Assembly (NCBI GenBank): GCA_943788175.1
Contig: CALSPG010000006.1
Location: forward strand, 32,001-96,000
Length of the DNA: 64,000 bases
Direction: 5' to 3'
Source of the DNA: an uncultured bacterium
GTDB lineage: Bacteria > Fidelibacterota > Marinisomatia > Marinisomatales > UBA1611
Shown here one piece after another: positions 30,281-40,648 of this stretch. The position numbers and the translations under genes were made by a program. Every line of letters starts with the position of its first letter. Within the stretch, counting starts at the first letter, position 1. Under the pieces are notes generated by a model. That model did no database searches. It saw nothing but the letters and a program-made list of their open reading frames with translations, and was not told the origin of the DNA.

Positions 30281-32668
30281 TTATTTTTTCATCCAATAGT
30301 TTAATTTAATTACTAGAGCATTTGCTGAGCTATTTGTCCACTCTTTATCATTTTCTGAATAATACCTATTCTCATTTATACTGTAGACAACAAATATCGT
30401 ACTCCCTGGGTTGTACTCCCATCTAAGAACAAATGTCCCAATTTTATTTTCTACTTTAAAATTTGGATTATCATACATTGATAAATAATCAAATGGTTCT
30501 AGTTCCATAGTTTTTGGAAATAATAAGTTGTTATAATTATTGTATTTTATGTCCGCATAAAAAGGTTGATAGTATCCTTCAAATGTTAAGTCAGGAGAGA
30601 ATGTCCAGTTTAAACGGAGTTGAAGTTGTTCAGTGACTTGTTTTGAATTTGAATATATTCGAGAATATTCTCCATCATTTTCAAATATGTCAACATATTG
30701 CATGTATTTTGGAGATATTTGTTTCTTATAAACTGCTTGAATATTTAAAGGGTCAATCGGTTTATAAAGGAGACTAAAATCTGTAAAATATCCTTTACCT
30801 CTACGTTTTGCATCACCGACACCAGCATCAATAGAAAAAATTATTTTTTTTCTCCTATCTGATTTAAGCCAAAATCCATAAAAGGCTAATTTTTCAGTAG
30901 CATAAACCCAAGCTCTATCATCTCTGAAAATATCTTCATCGTCATAAGCTGATTTTTCAAATTCGAACCAAGTTCCAAATCTCCAATAATTTTTTAATAA
31001 CGTCCATGATTCTATCTCAATAATATCTTCAAGAGTTACATCATCTCCGTTCCATTCTTGTTTTAATTTTAGTTCTAATGATCCTCCTAAGATTGGGCCA
31101 AAAGGTTCTTGTTGTCTAATCTTAACCATCATCCCCATCCAAGCTAAATTATTTCTTTTCAAATAACCTATATCATTAATATCAAAGTTATCATCATATC
31201 GCCCATGCCAAAATCTAAGTTCCCACCATTTAGGGTTTTTATATCCAAGGTTAAATCTATATGCATTGCCTTCTTCACTTGTATTTGACTTTACTATTTG
31301 CCCGTTAGAAAACAATCTATTGTTCAGCAAACCAATTTTCCAATCAACCCCTGCCACATTAGATGAATTAATGTCTTTCCTAGTCACATCGGTAGCCATG
31401 AAACCAACTCTTGAAAATTTATTTATAATTGATTTTTCAATTCTACCCACTGAAAAATTGGTTTGAGGCTCTACTAAAAAACTTTCTTTTTTATTATTTG
31501 AAGTAATTAAATCTGCACTTTCTTCAGATGTAATAGCATTTATCATTCCATAATTCCATCCAGACGTCGTGGACCCAAGCAATTTGAGCGCACCTATAAT
31601 AGTAGTATTATCTGATAAGTTTTCTAGGTCTCCACTATCTGGTTCAAAATAATTTGGAGCAGATCCAATTCTTCTAGAATGAAACAACTTAAGTTTATGT
31701 TGAAAAAAGCTGGCACCTTCCGAAAAAAATGGCCTTTTTTCATCATAAAAAGTCTCAAAAGCACTAAGGTTTAAAACAGAAGGATCTGCTTCAACTTGAC
31801 CAAAATCAGGATTAATTGTTGCCTTAATTATAGAACTTGAGCTCAAACCATAACGTAAATCTACCCCGTAGTTAAAATTGCTTTTTTGCTCCATAAAACT
31901 TGACAAGCCGTAAGGTACGATTTCGAGCTTTTTTGGCTCAGGGATGTCTCTTAGCCCTTTCAAAACACCAAATGAAGAAACTATACCAACATGTGATTTT
32001 TGACGTCCAGGCCAAAGAACTTCTTCTTGAGTTTTATGAATATGCCTATTAAATGATATACCCCAAACCATATCTTTTTTATTTTCAAATTGAAAAACAA
32101 AAAATGGAATTCTTACCTCCGCAACCCAGCCACTATCGTTTTTTGAAACAGCAGCATCCCAAACAGCATTCCAACTTCGATCATAATCTTCTTGACCAGA
32201 AACGTTTACATCAATCTTTACTCCTGCTGCATTTATGCCAAACCATTTACCATTGTAGTCATCATTTCTTGAATCAATTGCAAATCCAACAAAATCAGAT
32301 GCATTATTAAAACCATCCATGTATGCGTCTCTTCTTGTAAGAGGTGCTCTAATTTTATCAGGCCGTGAATCAAAATTTTCAAAAGCTATATAAATTGCAT
32401 TATCATCATGTAAAATTCTAACTATTGTTTTTTCAGAAGGTACACCAAATTCAATTGGCTCAATTTGGTGGAAATCATCTAATGGTGTTGCATCAGCCCA
32501 AGATACATCATCAAGAATACCGTCAACAATCGGTGAATTCTCACATCTGGACGAATAGGCAATTTTATACCTTAATGAATCTGGGTTAATGTTTTTTCGA
32601 CTATTGCTGTTTCCGTAAGTAACGATACTTAAAAATAGCAGACTAAAGAAAAATTTAAGATGAATCAT
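30281..32668 (-). CDS. CBM9-like/DUF5916 domain outer-membrane protein
   Basis: Signal peptide; DGILDD.SW, W.AEVRIPF and NPDFGQVEAD..VLNLS.FE.F..EKRPFF motifs; barrel-like C-terminus. Confidence 0.8.
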   Translation of the reverse strand: MIHLKFFFSLLFLSIVTYGNSNSRKNINPDSLRYKIAYSSRCENSPIVDGILDDVSWADATPLDDFHQIEPIEFGVPSEKTIVRILHDDNAIYIAFENFDSRPDKIRAPLTRRDAYMDGFNNASDFVGFAIDSRNDDYNGKWFGINAAGVKIDVNVSGQEDYDRSWNAVWDAAVSKNDSGWVAEVRIPFFVFQFENKKDMVWGISFNRHIHKTQEEVLWPGRQKSHVGIVSSFGVLKGLRDIPEPKKLEIVPYGLSSFMEQKSNFNYGVDLRYGLSSSSIIKATINPDFGQVEADPSVLNLSAFETFYDEKRPFFSEGASFFQHKLKLFHSRRIGSAPNYFEPDSGDLENLSDNTTIIGALKLLGSTTSGWNYGMINAITSEESADLITSNNKKESFLVEPQTNFSVGRIEKSIINKFSRVGFMATDVTRKDINSSNVAGVDWKIGLLNNRLFSNGQIVKSNTSEEGNAYRFNLGYKNPKWWELRFWHGRYDDNFDINDIGYLKRNNLAWMGMMVKIRQQEPFGPILGGSLELKLKQEWNGDDVTLEDIIEIESWTLLKNYWRFGTWFEFEKSAYDDEDIFRDDRAWVYATEKLAFYGFWLKSDRRKKIIFSIDAGVGDAKRRGKGYFTDFSLLYKPIDPLNIQAVYKKQISPKYMQYVDIFENDGEYSRIYSNSKQVTEQLQLRLNWTFSPDLTFEGYYQPFYADIKYNNYNNLLFPKTMELEPFDYLSMYDNPNFKVENKIGTFVLRWEYNPGSTIFVVYSINENRYYSENDKEWTNSSANALVIKLNYWMKK

Positions 32669-32896
32669 AAAAAGTATTAATTAGTTTATTTGGTTGTGGA
32701 TTTTTAGTATCTATAATTTTTTTTGAATTTTGTGAAAATTCTATAAAATTAATACTTATTAAAAGAATTAATAAACAGCGTATAATTTAATCAAATATGA
32801 AATTAAAAATATGATACAAATTAACCTATTGATTATCTACTATATAAAAAATAACAGGCTTTTTCCCTTTCCATTTTCCCCATAGATAGCGTCGAA

Positions 32897-34126
32897 TTAT
32901 ATTAAAGCTTTAATACGGTCAATAGTTGGAGGATGGCTGTAAGACAAGAATACTTTGAATGGATGAGGAGTTAAATGAGATAAATTATTAGCGGCTAAAC
33001 CTACTAACATACTGATCAAGGCTTCTTTGTTTTTAGTTGTTTGCAAAGAATAGTTATCTGCTTCAAACTCATTTTTTCTTGAAATAGCATTAGAGATAAC
33101 TGAAGTAATCATCGTAACTGGGGCATACAACATTGAAAAAAATATAAGGCCAGCATGAACAGATAAATCATTTACACCGAAAACTCTAAATAGCGCATAA
33201 TCATTCATTATGAAGTTGAAAACAAAAAGCATAATACCAGTTTCGATGATGCCAATAATGGTCCCATGTATTATATGTTTTAATTTGTAATGCCCAACTT
33301 CATGCGCCACTACTGAAACAATTTCATCGTTCGTGTGATTTTCAACTAAAGTATCGAAAATTGCTATTCGACGTGATTTACCAAAGCCACTAAAATATGC
33401 ATTCGAATGCGCACTCCTCTTACTGCCATCCATAATATCTATACGAGCGATAGGAAAATCTACTTGGGTAGTATATTTTTCTATTGCTGTTCTAAGCTCA
33501 CCGTCTTCTAATGGTGTAAACTTATTAAACATTGGTGAAATGACATGAACGAATAAGGGTTGAACAGCAATCATAAAAAGCGTAAGTAATGACCATGCTA
33601 TCAACCATCCAAAATTTTCATATTCATGAAACAAATACAATATTGGAGTAATTATTATAGAACCCATTACAATGAAAATTGCATATCCCTTTATTTTGTC
33701 AGATATAAACAAGCCAACGGTGGTCTTATTAAAACCAAACTTTTCTTCAATGACAAATGTGCTGTAGAGAGAAAATGGTAGGCTAATGATATCTTGAAAA
33801 ATATAAATTATTGAAATAAATAAAAGGCCCTGCAAAATGAAATGATTTGTCTGCAAATTAACAAACTCATTAAGTACTCCAAAAATGCCTAGGTGTATCA
33901 CTAGAAAAATAAGAACAATACTAAACGTGCTTGAAACTAAGATGAATTTAGTTTTAGTCTTTAAATACTCCTGCGATTTGGCATATTTTTTTTTGTCATA
34001 TGCTTTTTTAAAATGATCTGGTATGTCTGGATTAATATTACCTAAATCTAAAAAAGAACTCACGCTAGAGATTACATACTCAAACACAATTGCTGATATA
34101 ATGATATAATAATAGATATTCTCCAA
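32897..34126 (-). CDS. M48 family (Ste24-like) zinc metallopeptidase
   Basis: DGSKRS.H.NAYF.G, AHEVGH, EFEAD and SHPP motifs; several TM segments. Confidence 0.93.
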   Translation of the reverse strand: MENIYYYIIISAIVFEYVISSVSSFLDLGNINPDIPDHFKKAYDKKKYAKSQEYLKTKTKFILVSSTFSIVLIFLVIHLGIFGVLNEFVNLQTNHFILQGLLFISIIYIFQDIISLPFSLYSTFVIEEKFGFNKTTVGLFISDKIKGYAIFIVMGSIIITPILYLFHEYENFGWLIAWSLLTLFMIAVQPLFVHVISPMFNKFTPLEDGELRTAIEKYTTQVDFPIARIDIMDGSKRSAHSNAYFSGFGKSRRIAIFDTLVENHTNDEIVSVVAHEVGHYKLKHIIHGTIIGIIETGIMLFVFNFIMNDYALFRVFGVNDLSVHAGLIFFSMLYAPVTMITSVISNAISRKNEFEADNYSLQTTKNKEALISMLVGLAANNLSHLTPHPFKVFLSYSHPPTIDRIKALI

Positions 34127-34146
34127 ACTAATAACCTTTTTATACG

Positions 34147-35049
34147 TTATTTATTAATAGCATTTCGCAGTGAGCCATTGGCCATTTTAATTAGATCGAG
34201 CGCTTTGACATAATCACATGAATTTGAAATCATTATAATTGCAACTTTTACAGATTTATTCGCTTCAAATAAAGCTTCTTTTGACTCATCATAATCAAGG
34301 CCTGTGACTTGTTGAATAATTCTAGTACCTCGATCTACTAGTTTATCATTCACCGCCATTAGATCTATCATAAGATTACCATAAACTTTCCCCATAGAAA
34401 TCATCGTAGCTGTTGATATCATATTTAGAATCATCTTCGTTGCAGTTCCACCCTTCATTCTGGTTGATCCTGCTATTATTTCAGGCCCGGTATCAACAGC
34501 AATAACTGTGTCCACCTCTGCTGATATAAAAGGAGTAGGGTTAGTAATCAAATAAGCTGTTTTAGCCCCCTTTTCTTTTGCATGTTCTAGAGCAGATATA
34601 ACATATCTTGCAGCACCACTACAACTTATGCCTATTAATGTATCCTTTGAATTTATGTCAAAATCTAATAAATCTGTTTTAGCTTGAGCTTTATCATCTT
34701 CAGCTCCTTCAATAGATTCTTGCAATGCTCTGTCACCACCTGCTATAACGCCTATGAACCAGTCTTTTGGAACAGAATAAGTTGGTGGACACTCTGAAGC
34801 ATCTAGTACACCTAGCCGTCCACTAGTCCCAGATCCCACATAAAAAACTCTTCCTCCGCTACTAAGGCTAGATTTTGCGTACAAAACAACTTCCTCTACA
34901 TCTGACAAAACTTTATTAACAGCAAAAGCAATATTTTGATCCTCTTTATTTATCGTCTCAAGTATCTTAGGAATTGTGAACTGGTCTATTTCTAATGAAT
35001 TTTTATTTTGCTGTTCTGTTTTTAATGTTTCTCGCTTAATCATAATCAT
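34147..35049 (-). CDS. murQ: N-acetylmuramic acid 6-phosphate etherase
   Basis: GTSGRLGVLDASECPPT, EGAED and GSTRMK motifs. Confidence 0.96.
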   Translation of the reverse strand: MIMIKRETLKTEQQNKNSLEIDQFTIPKILETINKEDQNIAFAVNKVLSDVEEVVLYAKSSLSSGGRVFYVGSGTSGRLGVLDASECPPTYSVPKDWFIGVIAGGDRALQESIEGAEDDKAQAKTDLLDFDINSKDTLIGISCSGAARYVISALEHAKEKGAKTAYLITNPTPFISAEVDTVIAVDTGPEIIAGSTRMKGGTATKMILNMISTATMISMGKVYGNLMIDLMAVNDKLVDRGTRIIQQVTGLDYDESKEALFEANKSVKVAIIMISNSCDYVKALDLIKMANGSLRNAINK

Positions 35050-35063
35050 ATAATTTACATCAT

Positions 35064-35954
35064 ATGCCCGCTTGGAAAAATATAACGCTTAACATACCTG
35101 AAGGTGACTTAAATCAAATTTCTGAAAAGATTTCAGAAATAAATAGAGTGCTTTCTATTACAATCTTAGACAGGACAGATGAGGTTGATTCTCGGTGGTT
35201 TGATGAAAATGAGACTATCCAAAACCTTGATGGACAAACCCATTTAATTAGATTACTGACATCTGCTTCTGTTGATTCCTATACGATTAATGAAGAGATC
35301 TGTAAAAAGCTTGATAGTGATGTAATTGAAGTATTGAATGAAGAGATTTTTGAAGATCGAGACTGGATTCAATATTCAAAAAGTCAATTTAGGGAAATTC
35401 AAATAACCAATAATTTGACAATATTACCTCCATGGGTTGTTGATAAAAATCAAAATGGAGTTTCAATTATTATAGAACCTGGTTCAGGGTTTGGAACAGG
35501 GTCACATCCAACGACACAACTTTGTTTAAAATGGATTGAAAAGAATATTAAACCGGATTATCAACTACTCGATTATGGATGTGGCTCAGGGATATTATCA
35601 ATAGCCGCAGCAAAACTAGGGTGTTCAAAAATTGATGGCATTGACAATGATCACCAAGCACTAGCGAATGCAGAAAGAAACAAATCACTTAACGCATCCA
35701 ACGTTAATTTTTTCCATTCTGATACTTATATTCAAAAAAAAGAATATGATTTTACTGTTGCAAATATCTTATTAAATGCGATTATACAATTAAAGGAAAA
35801 GCTAATATCAAGTTTAAAACCAGGGGGTACGTTAATTCTAAGTGGAATTCTCGAAGATCAAGCATCCTCAATCATTGATACCTTTAGAAACGAAATGATA
35901 ATAAGTATAATTGATCAAAATGAAGGATGGCTGCTAATGAAAGGTCAAAAATAG
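35064..35954 (+). CDS. prmA: Ribosomal protein L11 methyltransferase
   Basis: FGTGSHPTT, LDYGCGSGIL, ANIL and LSGIL motifs. Confidence 0.93.
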   Translation: MPAWKNITLNIPEGDLNQISEKISEINRVLSITILDRTDEVDSRWFDENETIQNLDGQTHLIRLLTSASVDSYTINEEICKKLDSDVIEVLNEEIFEDRDWIQYSKSQFREIQITNNLTILPPWVVDKNQNGVSIIIEPGSGFGTGSHPTTQLCLKWIEKNIKPDYQLLDYGCGSGILSIAAAKLGCSKIDGIDNDHQALANAERNKSLNASNVNFFHSDTYIQKKEYDFTVANILLNAIIQLKEKLISSLKPGGTLILSGILEDQASSIIDTFRNEMIISIIDQNEGWLLMKGQK

Positions 35955-36017
35955 ATATAAATAGTTTCAGTTTCATATTTGCATCTTCTTTAAAAAAATA
36001 GCCTAGGTGATATAACT

Positions 36018-36908
36018 TTAGAGACCATGCTCTTGCCTATACTTATTATAAAAATCGTCTAAAGCTTTTGGATATAAGTTTCCTTTCCATACATACTTTA
36101 ATGAGTCTCTAATATGAGATTGTCTTATTTTTAAATATGGTTTTTGGATTTGAATAAAAAACTGTTTGCCAATCCGTAACATTTGCTCATCATTTAACTT
36201 ATGACCCATTACTTTTTGCATCAATCCAGAATGATTTTCTTGTAAATGTGAAACAAGCATGCTTTCAAGTCTTGATTCCAGGCCCGGAACCCAACTTGCT
36301 TTTAATGCTGTCTTAATGATAGATGAAAGTCTTGGATTGTTTTTTCCTTCCAAAGCTATTCGAGTCGAAATCATATTTTCAAAATCTATATCTGCTATAA
36401 ATAAATCGGAGGAGATACCCATACCATTATAATTAAAAGAAGAAGCAATAGATTCTCTAATCATATCCCATATCTCATTTGCCGATAATGTACCTTCTCC
36501 AAATTGAATTAAAATTTTACTATTCATAGAAGCTGATAAAACTATTTCTTCTCTGCCTACTGGTGTCACACAATCTATTGTTACGATTGATGGCGTATAT
36601 AGAATAGAATTATTTTTAATAGCATAATTCATTTGGGTTTTAAGAAATCTTCCAATTGAGCCGAGACTGGTGATAATTACTTCCTCATAATTATTTCGTC
36701 TGCTATTAACTCTTATAGTTAGTACAGAATTATTATTGTTTGTGGCAATCTGTGTAAAAGTAGGCTCACACTCTATTCTAAAATGATTTAATTCGTTATG
36801 TATCTTATTTATAAAATTTTGAGAAACAGATTTTAAACGATTATTATTTGCTTTTATTGAAGGGATAATAAATAAAAAACAAAAGATTATTAAATAAAAC
36901 TTCTTCAT
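36018..36908 (-). CDS. Hypothetical secreted protein
   Basis: 296-aa ORF with signal-peptide-like N-terminus; no family recognised. Confidence 0.65.
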   Translation of the reverse strand: MKKFYLIIFCFLFIIPSIKANNNRLKSVSQNFINKIHNELNHFRIECEPTFTQIATNNNNSVLTIRVNSRRNNYEEVIITSLGSIGRFLKTQMNYAIKNNSILYTPSIVTIDCVTPVGREEIVLSASMNSKILIQFGEGTLSANEIWDMIRESIASSFNYNGMGISSDLFIADIDFENMISTRIALEGKNNPRLSSIIKTALKASWVPGLESRLESMLVSHLQENHSGLMQKVMGHKLNDEQMLRIGKQFFIQIQKPYLKIRQSHIRDSLKYVWKGNLYPKALDDFYNKYRQEHGL

Positions 36909-37070
36909 GTTTGATGAAAATAATTAAAAAATCTACTATGAACGTCGTAAGAGTTAAATCTTTTTATAGTTATCTTATAAAAACTATTTCTTACGAAAAT
37001 AAAATTCTTAAACTACTAAAAACATAGTAAAAGAACAAAAATCCGAGGAAAATAACGAGTTTTTGTGTAG

Positions 37071-37144
37071 TACGCCTGAGAGGACTCGAACCCCTAACCT
37101 TCTGGTCCGTAGCCAGACACTCTATCCAATTGAGCTACAGGCGC
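37071..37144 (-). tRNA. tRNA-Arg (anticodon ACG)
   Basis: GCGCCTGTAGCTCAATTGGATAGAG...TCTGG-CTACGGA-CCAGA...GGTTCGAGTCC...CAGGCGTA cloverleaf; CCA not encoded. Confidence 0.97.
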
Positions 37145-37277
37145 ATATCTTTATAGAGTTATTAAGTAATTTAATAAACTAAATTTACAAATAATATTAT
37201 CTGTATTGCGTTAAAAATAAATTGTGATCTGTTAATATTTTCAAAATTAATTTTAAACTAAAATTTTAATAATATTT

Positions 37278-38117
37278 ATGATTAAAAAAGTTTACCTATT
37301 TTCCTTTGCGATGTTTTTTTCTTGCGATGTTGGTGATTACCAGGATTGTAATAGCGTAATAAATGGAGGAGCTTACTTTGATGAATGCGGTAATTGTGTT
37401 GGTGGAAGGACAGGATTGACAGAGTGTACTACCGATTGCAATGGAACTCTTGGGGGAACTTCTTTTTTAAACCCTTGTAATATTTGCGTTGAGGGTAACA
37501 CGGGTATAAGTTTAGACTCTTGCACGAGCTTAAGCTATAATGGTGAAACATATAGAACAATTATTATTGGAAATCAAGTTTGGTTAGGTGAAGATCTTAG
37601 AACTAAAAATTTTAATGATAACTTACCTATTCCAGATTTTGATATATCAGAAGCTGATTCGATAGGCACAAAATTAGTGATTCCTAATTCAGCAATACAA
37701 ACTGACCAAGTATTTTACAGTCCACTTGCTGCATTAAACAACATGATAGCTCCAGATGGATGGAGAGTCCCAACAAAATCAGATCTAGAAAACTTATTAG
37801 AGCAACTGGGTGGAAATTCTATAGCTAGCGGTAAATTAAAAGAAACTGGATATAAAAGTTGGAACTTTCCCAACCAATTTGCTACTAATGAATCAGGCTT
37901 TTCTGCAAAAGGAACTGGCTACAGTAGTTCACTAGGAACTTTGAAAAATGTTGGAGAACGGTATTCATTTTGGAGCATAAATACTTTTGATGAAGGTGAT
38001 ACAACAAATACACTATATTGGACTCTTAGGCTTAGCTTTAACAGCAATTATGCTATTCTTGCACCTGATAGTGCAAATATAGGTCACCCCATCAGGCTAA
38101 TAAAAAATAATAAATGA
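37278..38117 (+). CDS. FISUMP (Fibrobacter succinogenes major paralogous domain) lipoprotein with Cys-rich repeats
   Basis: Lipobox FFSC; two DCN...GG...CxxCV.G.TG repeats; YRTIIIGNQVW, PDGWRVPT, ATNESGFSA and IRLIK motifs. Confidence 0.8.
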   Translation: MIKKVYLFSFAMFFSCDVGDYQDCNSVINGGAYFDECGNCVGGRTGLTECTTDCNGTLGGTSFLNPCNICVEGNTGISLDSCTSLSYNGETYRTIIIGNQVWLGEDLRTKNFNDNLPIPDFDISEADSIGTKLVIPNSAIQTDQVFYSPLAALNNMIAPDGWRVPTKSDLENLLEQLGGNSIASGKLKETGYKSWNFPNQFATNESGFSAKGTGYSSSLGTLKNVGERYSFWSINTFDEGDTTNTLYWTLRLSFNSNYAILAPDSANIGHPIRLIKNNK

Positions 38118-39022
38118 GTCCTGCAAAATCTTCCATAATAGCATCTATGCTATCAATCTTTATTTCATGTAATAGTGGAATAAACAATGATGAAAACGAA
38201 ATAATAAGTGAAAATTCTTATTTAAGTATATCGAATACTAATAATCAAAGCGAGGTTTCAGGGTTAGAGAACATTTATATAAATGTTAAAAACTTTACAA
38301 ATATATGGAAAATCTATTTAGTAATAACGAATAATCAATCTATTGCATTTGAAGATAGAATTTTATTAGATACTACAAGCTCATCTGATAGTATAATTTA
38401 TAAGACTATTTGGGATACTAATTTATTTCCAAATGGTAATTATGATCTTTTTGCAGAAATAATTGACAGCACTAATCAGAGAATAATCTCGACAAAAAGT
38501 TTTACCATAATAAACTATAATACCTTAAAAATTATTAATAATCATGAGGTTTCAATTAATTATCTAATTAACTCGAATAGTGGGATGCTTTTTTCAAATT
38601 CTATAACGCACCTTCAGATAGAAAAAATATTTGATGAGACCAATCTAAAATGTGATATTCAAGAACTTCCTTGTGGAACAACATTCTCATATAATTTCTT
38701 CGTTAAACCTGAAAGTATCGATCAACCAATAATAATTGAACCGGATAGCAACTCATTTTTCCTCAGAATACAAAATAAATTATTAGTAGAAAACTCTATA
38801 AATTCTGTTTTAATTCAGGCAAATGAAAATATAGAAGAGTGCAACAATTTATCTATTCAAAATGATAATCAAGTTTATTCATTAGGCTACTTTAATTTAG
38901 ATAATGATTTGTACCAGCAAGGGAAAGTAGAAATATTAACTAGATATGGTAATAATACAGACACTACGAAGTTGACATTTTTTAATAAATCAATATTAAT
39001 TGATACATTAATTATTAATTAG
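38114..39022 (+). CDS. Hypothetical lipoprotein (Ig-like N-terminal segment)
   Basis: FISC lipobox-like; WDTNLFPNGNYDL Ig-type motif; 4-bp overlap with the upstream gene. Confidence 0.65.
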   Translation: MSPAKSSIIASMLSIFISCNSGINNDENEIISENSYLSISNTNNQSEVSGLENIYINVKNFTNIWKIYLVITNNQSIAFEDRILLDTTSSSDSIIYKTIWDTNLFPNGNYDLFAEIIDSTNQRIISTKSFTIINYNTLKIINNHEVSINYLINSNSGMLFSNSITHLQIEKIFDETNLKCDIQELPCGTTFSYNFFVKPESIDQPIIIEPDSNSFFLRIQNKLLVENSINSVLIQANENIEECNNLSIQNDNQVYSLGYFNLDNDLYQQGKVEILTRYGNNTDTTKLTFFNKSILIDTLIIN

Positions 39023-39051
39023 CGACGAAAAACTGTTTTTAAAGCTTATTG

Positions 39052-40536
39052 CTACTTCAGCAATAATGCTTTTTTGGTATCAATAATTGAAGGAGTCTCT
39101 ATTTTTATAAAATACATTCCTGATGGAAATTTAGAAGCATTCCAGTTAATATTATGGAACCCAGCTGCAGTGTAAACATTATTAACCAGAATAGAAATCT
39201 GCTCACCCAACATATTATATACCACAACTGATAAGTTTGTTTCTGTTGGCAGAGAATAAGATATTGTTAATGTAGGATTAAATGGGTTTGGATAAAGACT
39301 TTTAATATTTGGAGTGTTTGGCAGAGATAATAATTCTCGTTCAGAAAATTCTTTTTCTACATTTGCTTTAATATGAAATCCTTTTTTTGATGCTATTACA
39401 ACATCATGAACATTTAAAATATGCTGACTAGGAATATTTAAATCAATTTTTTTAACTAAACTAGTTCCAGATAAATCATAGGCATAAAAATTATAATTAT
39501 TATTTTTAGAACTGTAAGTCATCGACCATCCATCTGGAAGAATTAATTGATCTAAATATCGATCAATCTTAGTAAAAGAGGATAAACTAAACTGGAATCC
39601 TCCAATTTCTGAAGTTGATTCAATGCTTATATAATTATTTTCGTTTTCTTGAGAAAAAAACAGGGTTCCTTCGTCTTCTTCATTGTTTAGAAAAGAAGGC
39701 ATATTATCAAACAACACCATATTAACTAGATTAACAACATCAATAATATTAACATTATTATCACCATTTATGTTTCCAGCCTGCTCTCTACATTCTGAAA
39801 TGGGTAATAACTCTGAATCATTTAGTTGAAAATGATCAAGTAATGCAACGACATCAAAAAAATTGATAATAGGCAAATTATTTTCGTCTAGGTCACCATT
39901 TACGTTTCCCGTGCTAAAGACATTAACATTATCGCAAATATCACAAGCATCCCCACTACCATCTTCATCTATGTCAGCTTGTAGGGGGTTAAAATTCTCG
40001 GGACAATTATCTTCATCAGTATCGATACCATCCTCATCAAGATCAGATGGCAAATCTTCTAACGCTTGATTAATTGTAGCTATTATTGCAGCTTGATTAT
40101 ATCCGGTATCTGAGTAGAGAACTTCACCATCGCCACCTATAACAACATTATGGGGTATGTATCCAACACCAAAAAGACCATAAATATTATTTACGTCATC
40201 AACAATAGGATGAGAAAGACCAAAAGTTGTTCCCCAACCGGTACAACTGTATGGCTGGTTCCAATCTTGACCAAACCCTACTAAGACTAATGAATCATTT
40301 GTATATTGTTGAAATACTGCTTCTGCCTGCGGAGCCTCCGTAGTACAAGATGGTCACCAAGAGGTAAAAAGATTAATCCATACAACCCTATCTCTACCAT
40401 TTTCCTCGTAAGACCACGTACCGTCACCATTATGACAGATATCTCCGGAAAAATCGTTCACATAATCGCCTACTGTATATGTCTGACCAAAAGCACTGAC
40501 GAAAAACAGTGAGTATATAATGAGAATAATTTTCAT
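39052..40536 (-). CDS. Putative secreted selenoprotein, 494 aa: signal peptide, thioredoxin-fold UxxC redoxin, TSP3 repeat, dockerin-like, Por/T9SS-type C-terminal tail; TGA at 40354-40356 read as Sec61
   Basis: Frame stays open across the TGA: VVWINLFTSW-U-PSCTTEAPQAE...GVGYIPHNVVIGGDGEVLY...LEDLPSDLDEDG...; joins ORFs 40354-40536 and 39052-40053 in frame; ends YPNPFNP...SGMYFIKI...KKALLLK. Confidence 0.82.
40326..40353 (-). promoter_or_regulatory. Candidate bacterial SECIS element
   Basis: mRNA after UGA: CCAUCUUGUACUA-CGGA-GGC-UCCG-CAGG; GC-rich hairpin whose G-starting loop lies 17 nt after the UGA; possible lower stem CUUG/CAGG. Confidence 0.55.
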
Positions 40537-40648
40537 AAATAAACTTAGCCTTATTTAGTAATAAAAGTTAAATATTAAATAAGATAATATGTTTATAGCT
40601 CAATGCCATAAAAAATTAAAATTTTAATTTTTTGAATATGGTTTCAAT

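Noticed and set aside
32669-32896. AT-rich intergenic region as a possible oriC or ncRNA
   Set aside because: Only one degenerate DnaA-box-like word is present, with no structured GC-rich element and no dnaA context.
37278-38117. FISUMP gene as a diversity-generating retroelement target
   Set aside because: No reverse transcriptase and no template-repeat copy of its 3' end were seen in the window.
40306-40512. 68-aa + strand ORF over the selenoprotein 5' region, and other short antisense ORFs in the track
   Set aside because: They lie antisense to, or in alternate frames of, well-supported genes and show no recognisable motifs.
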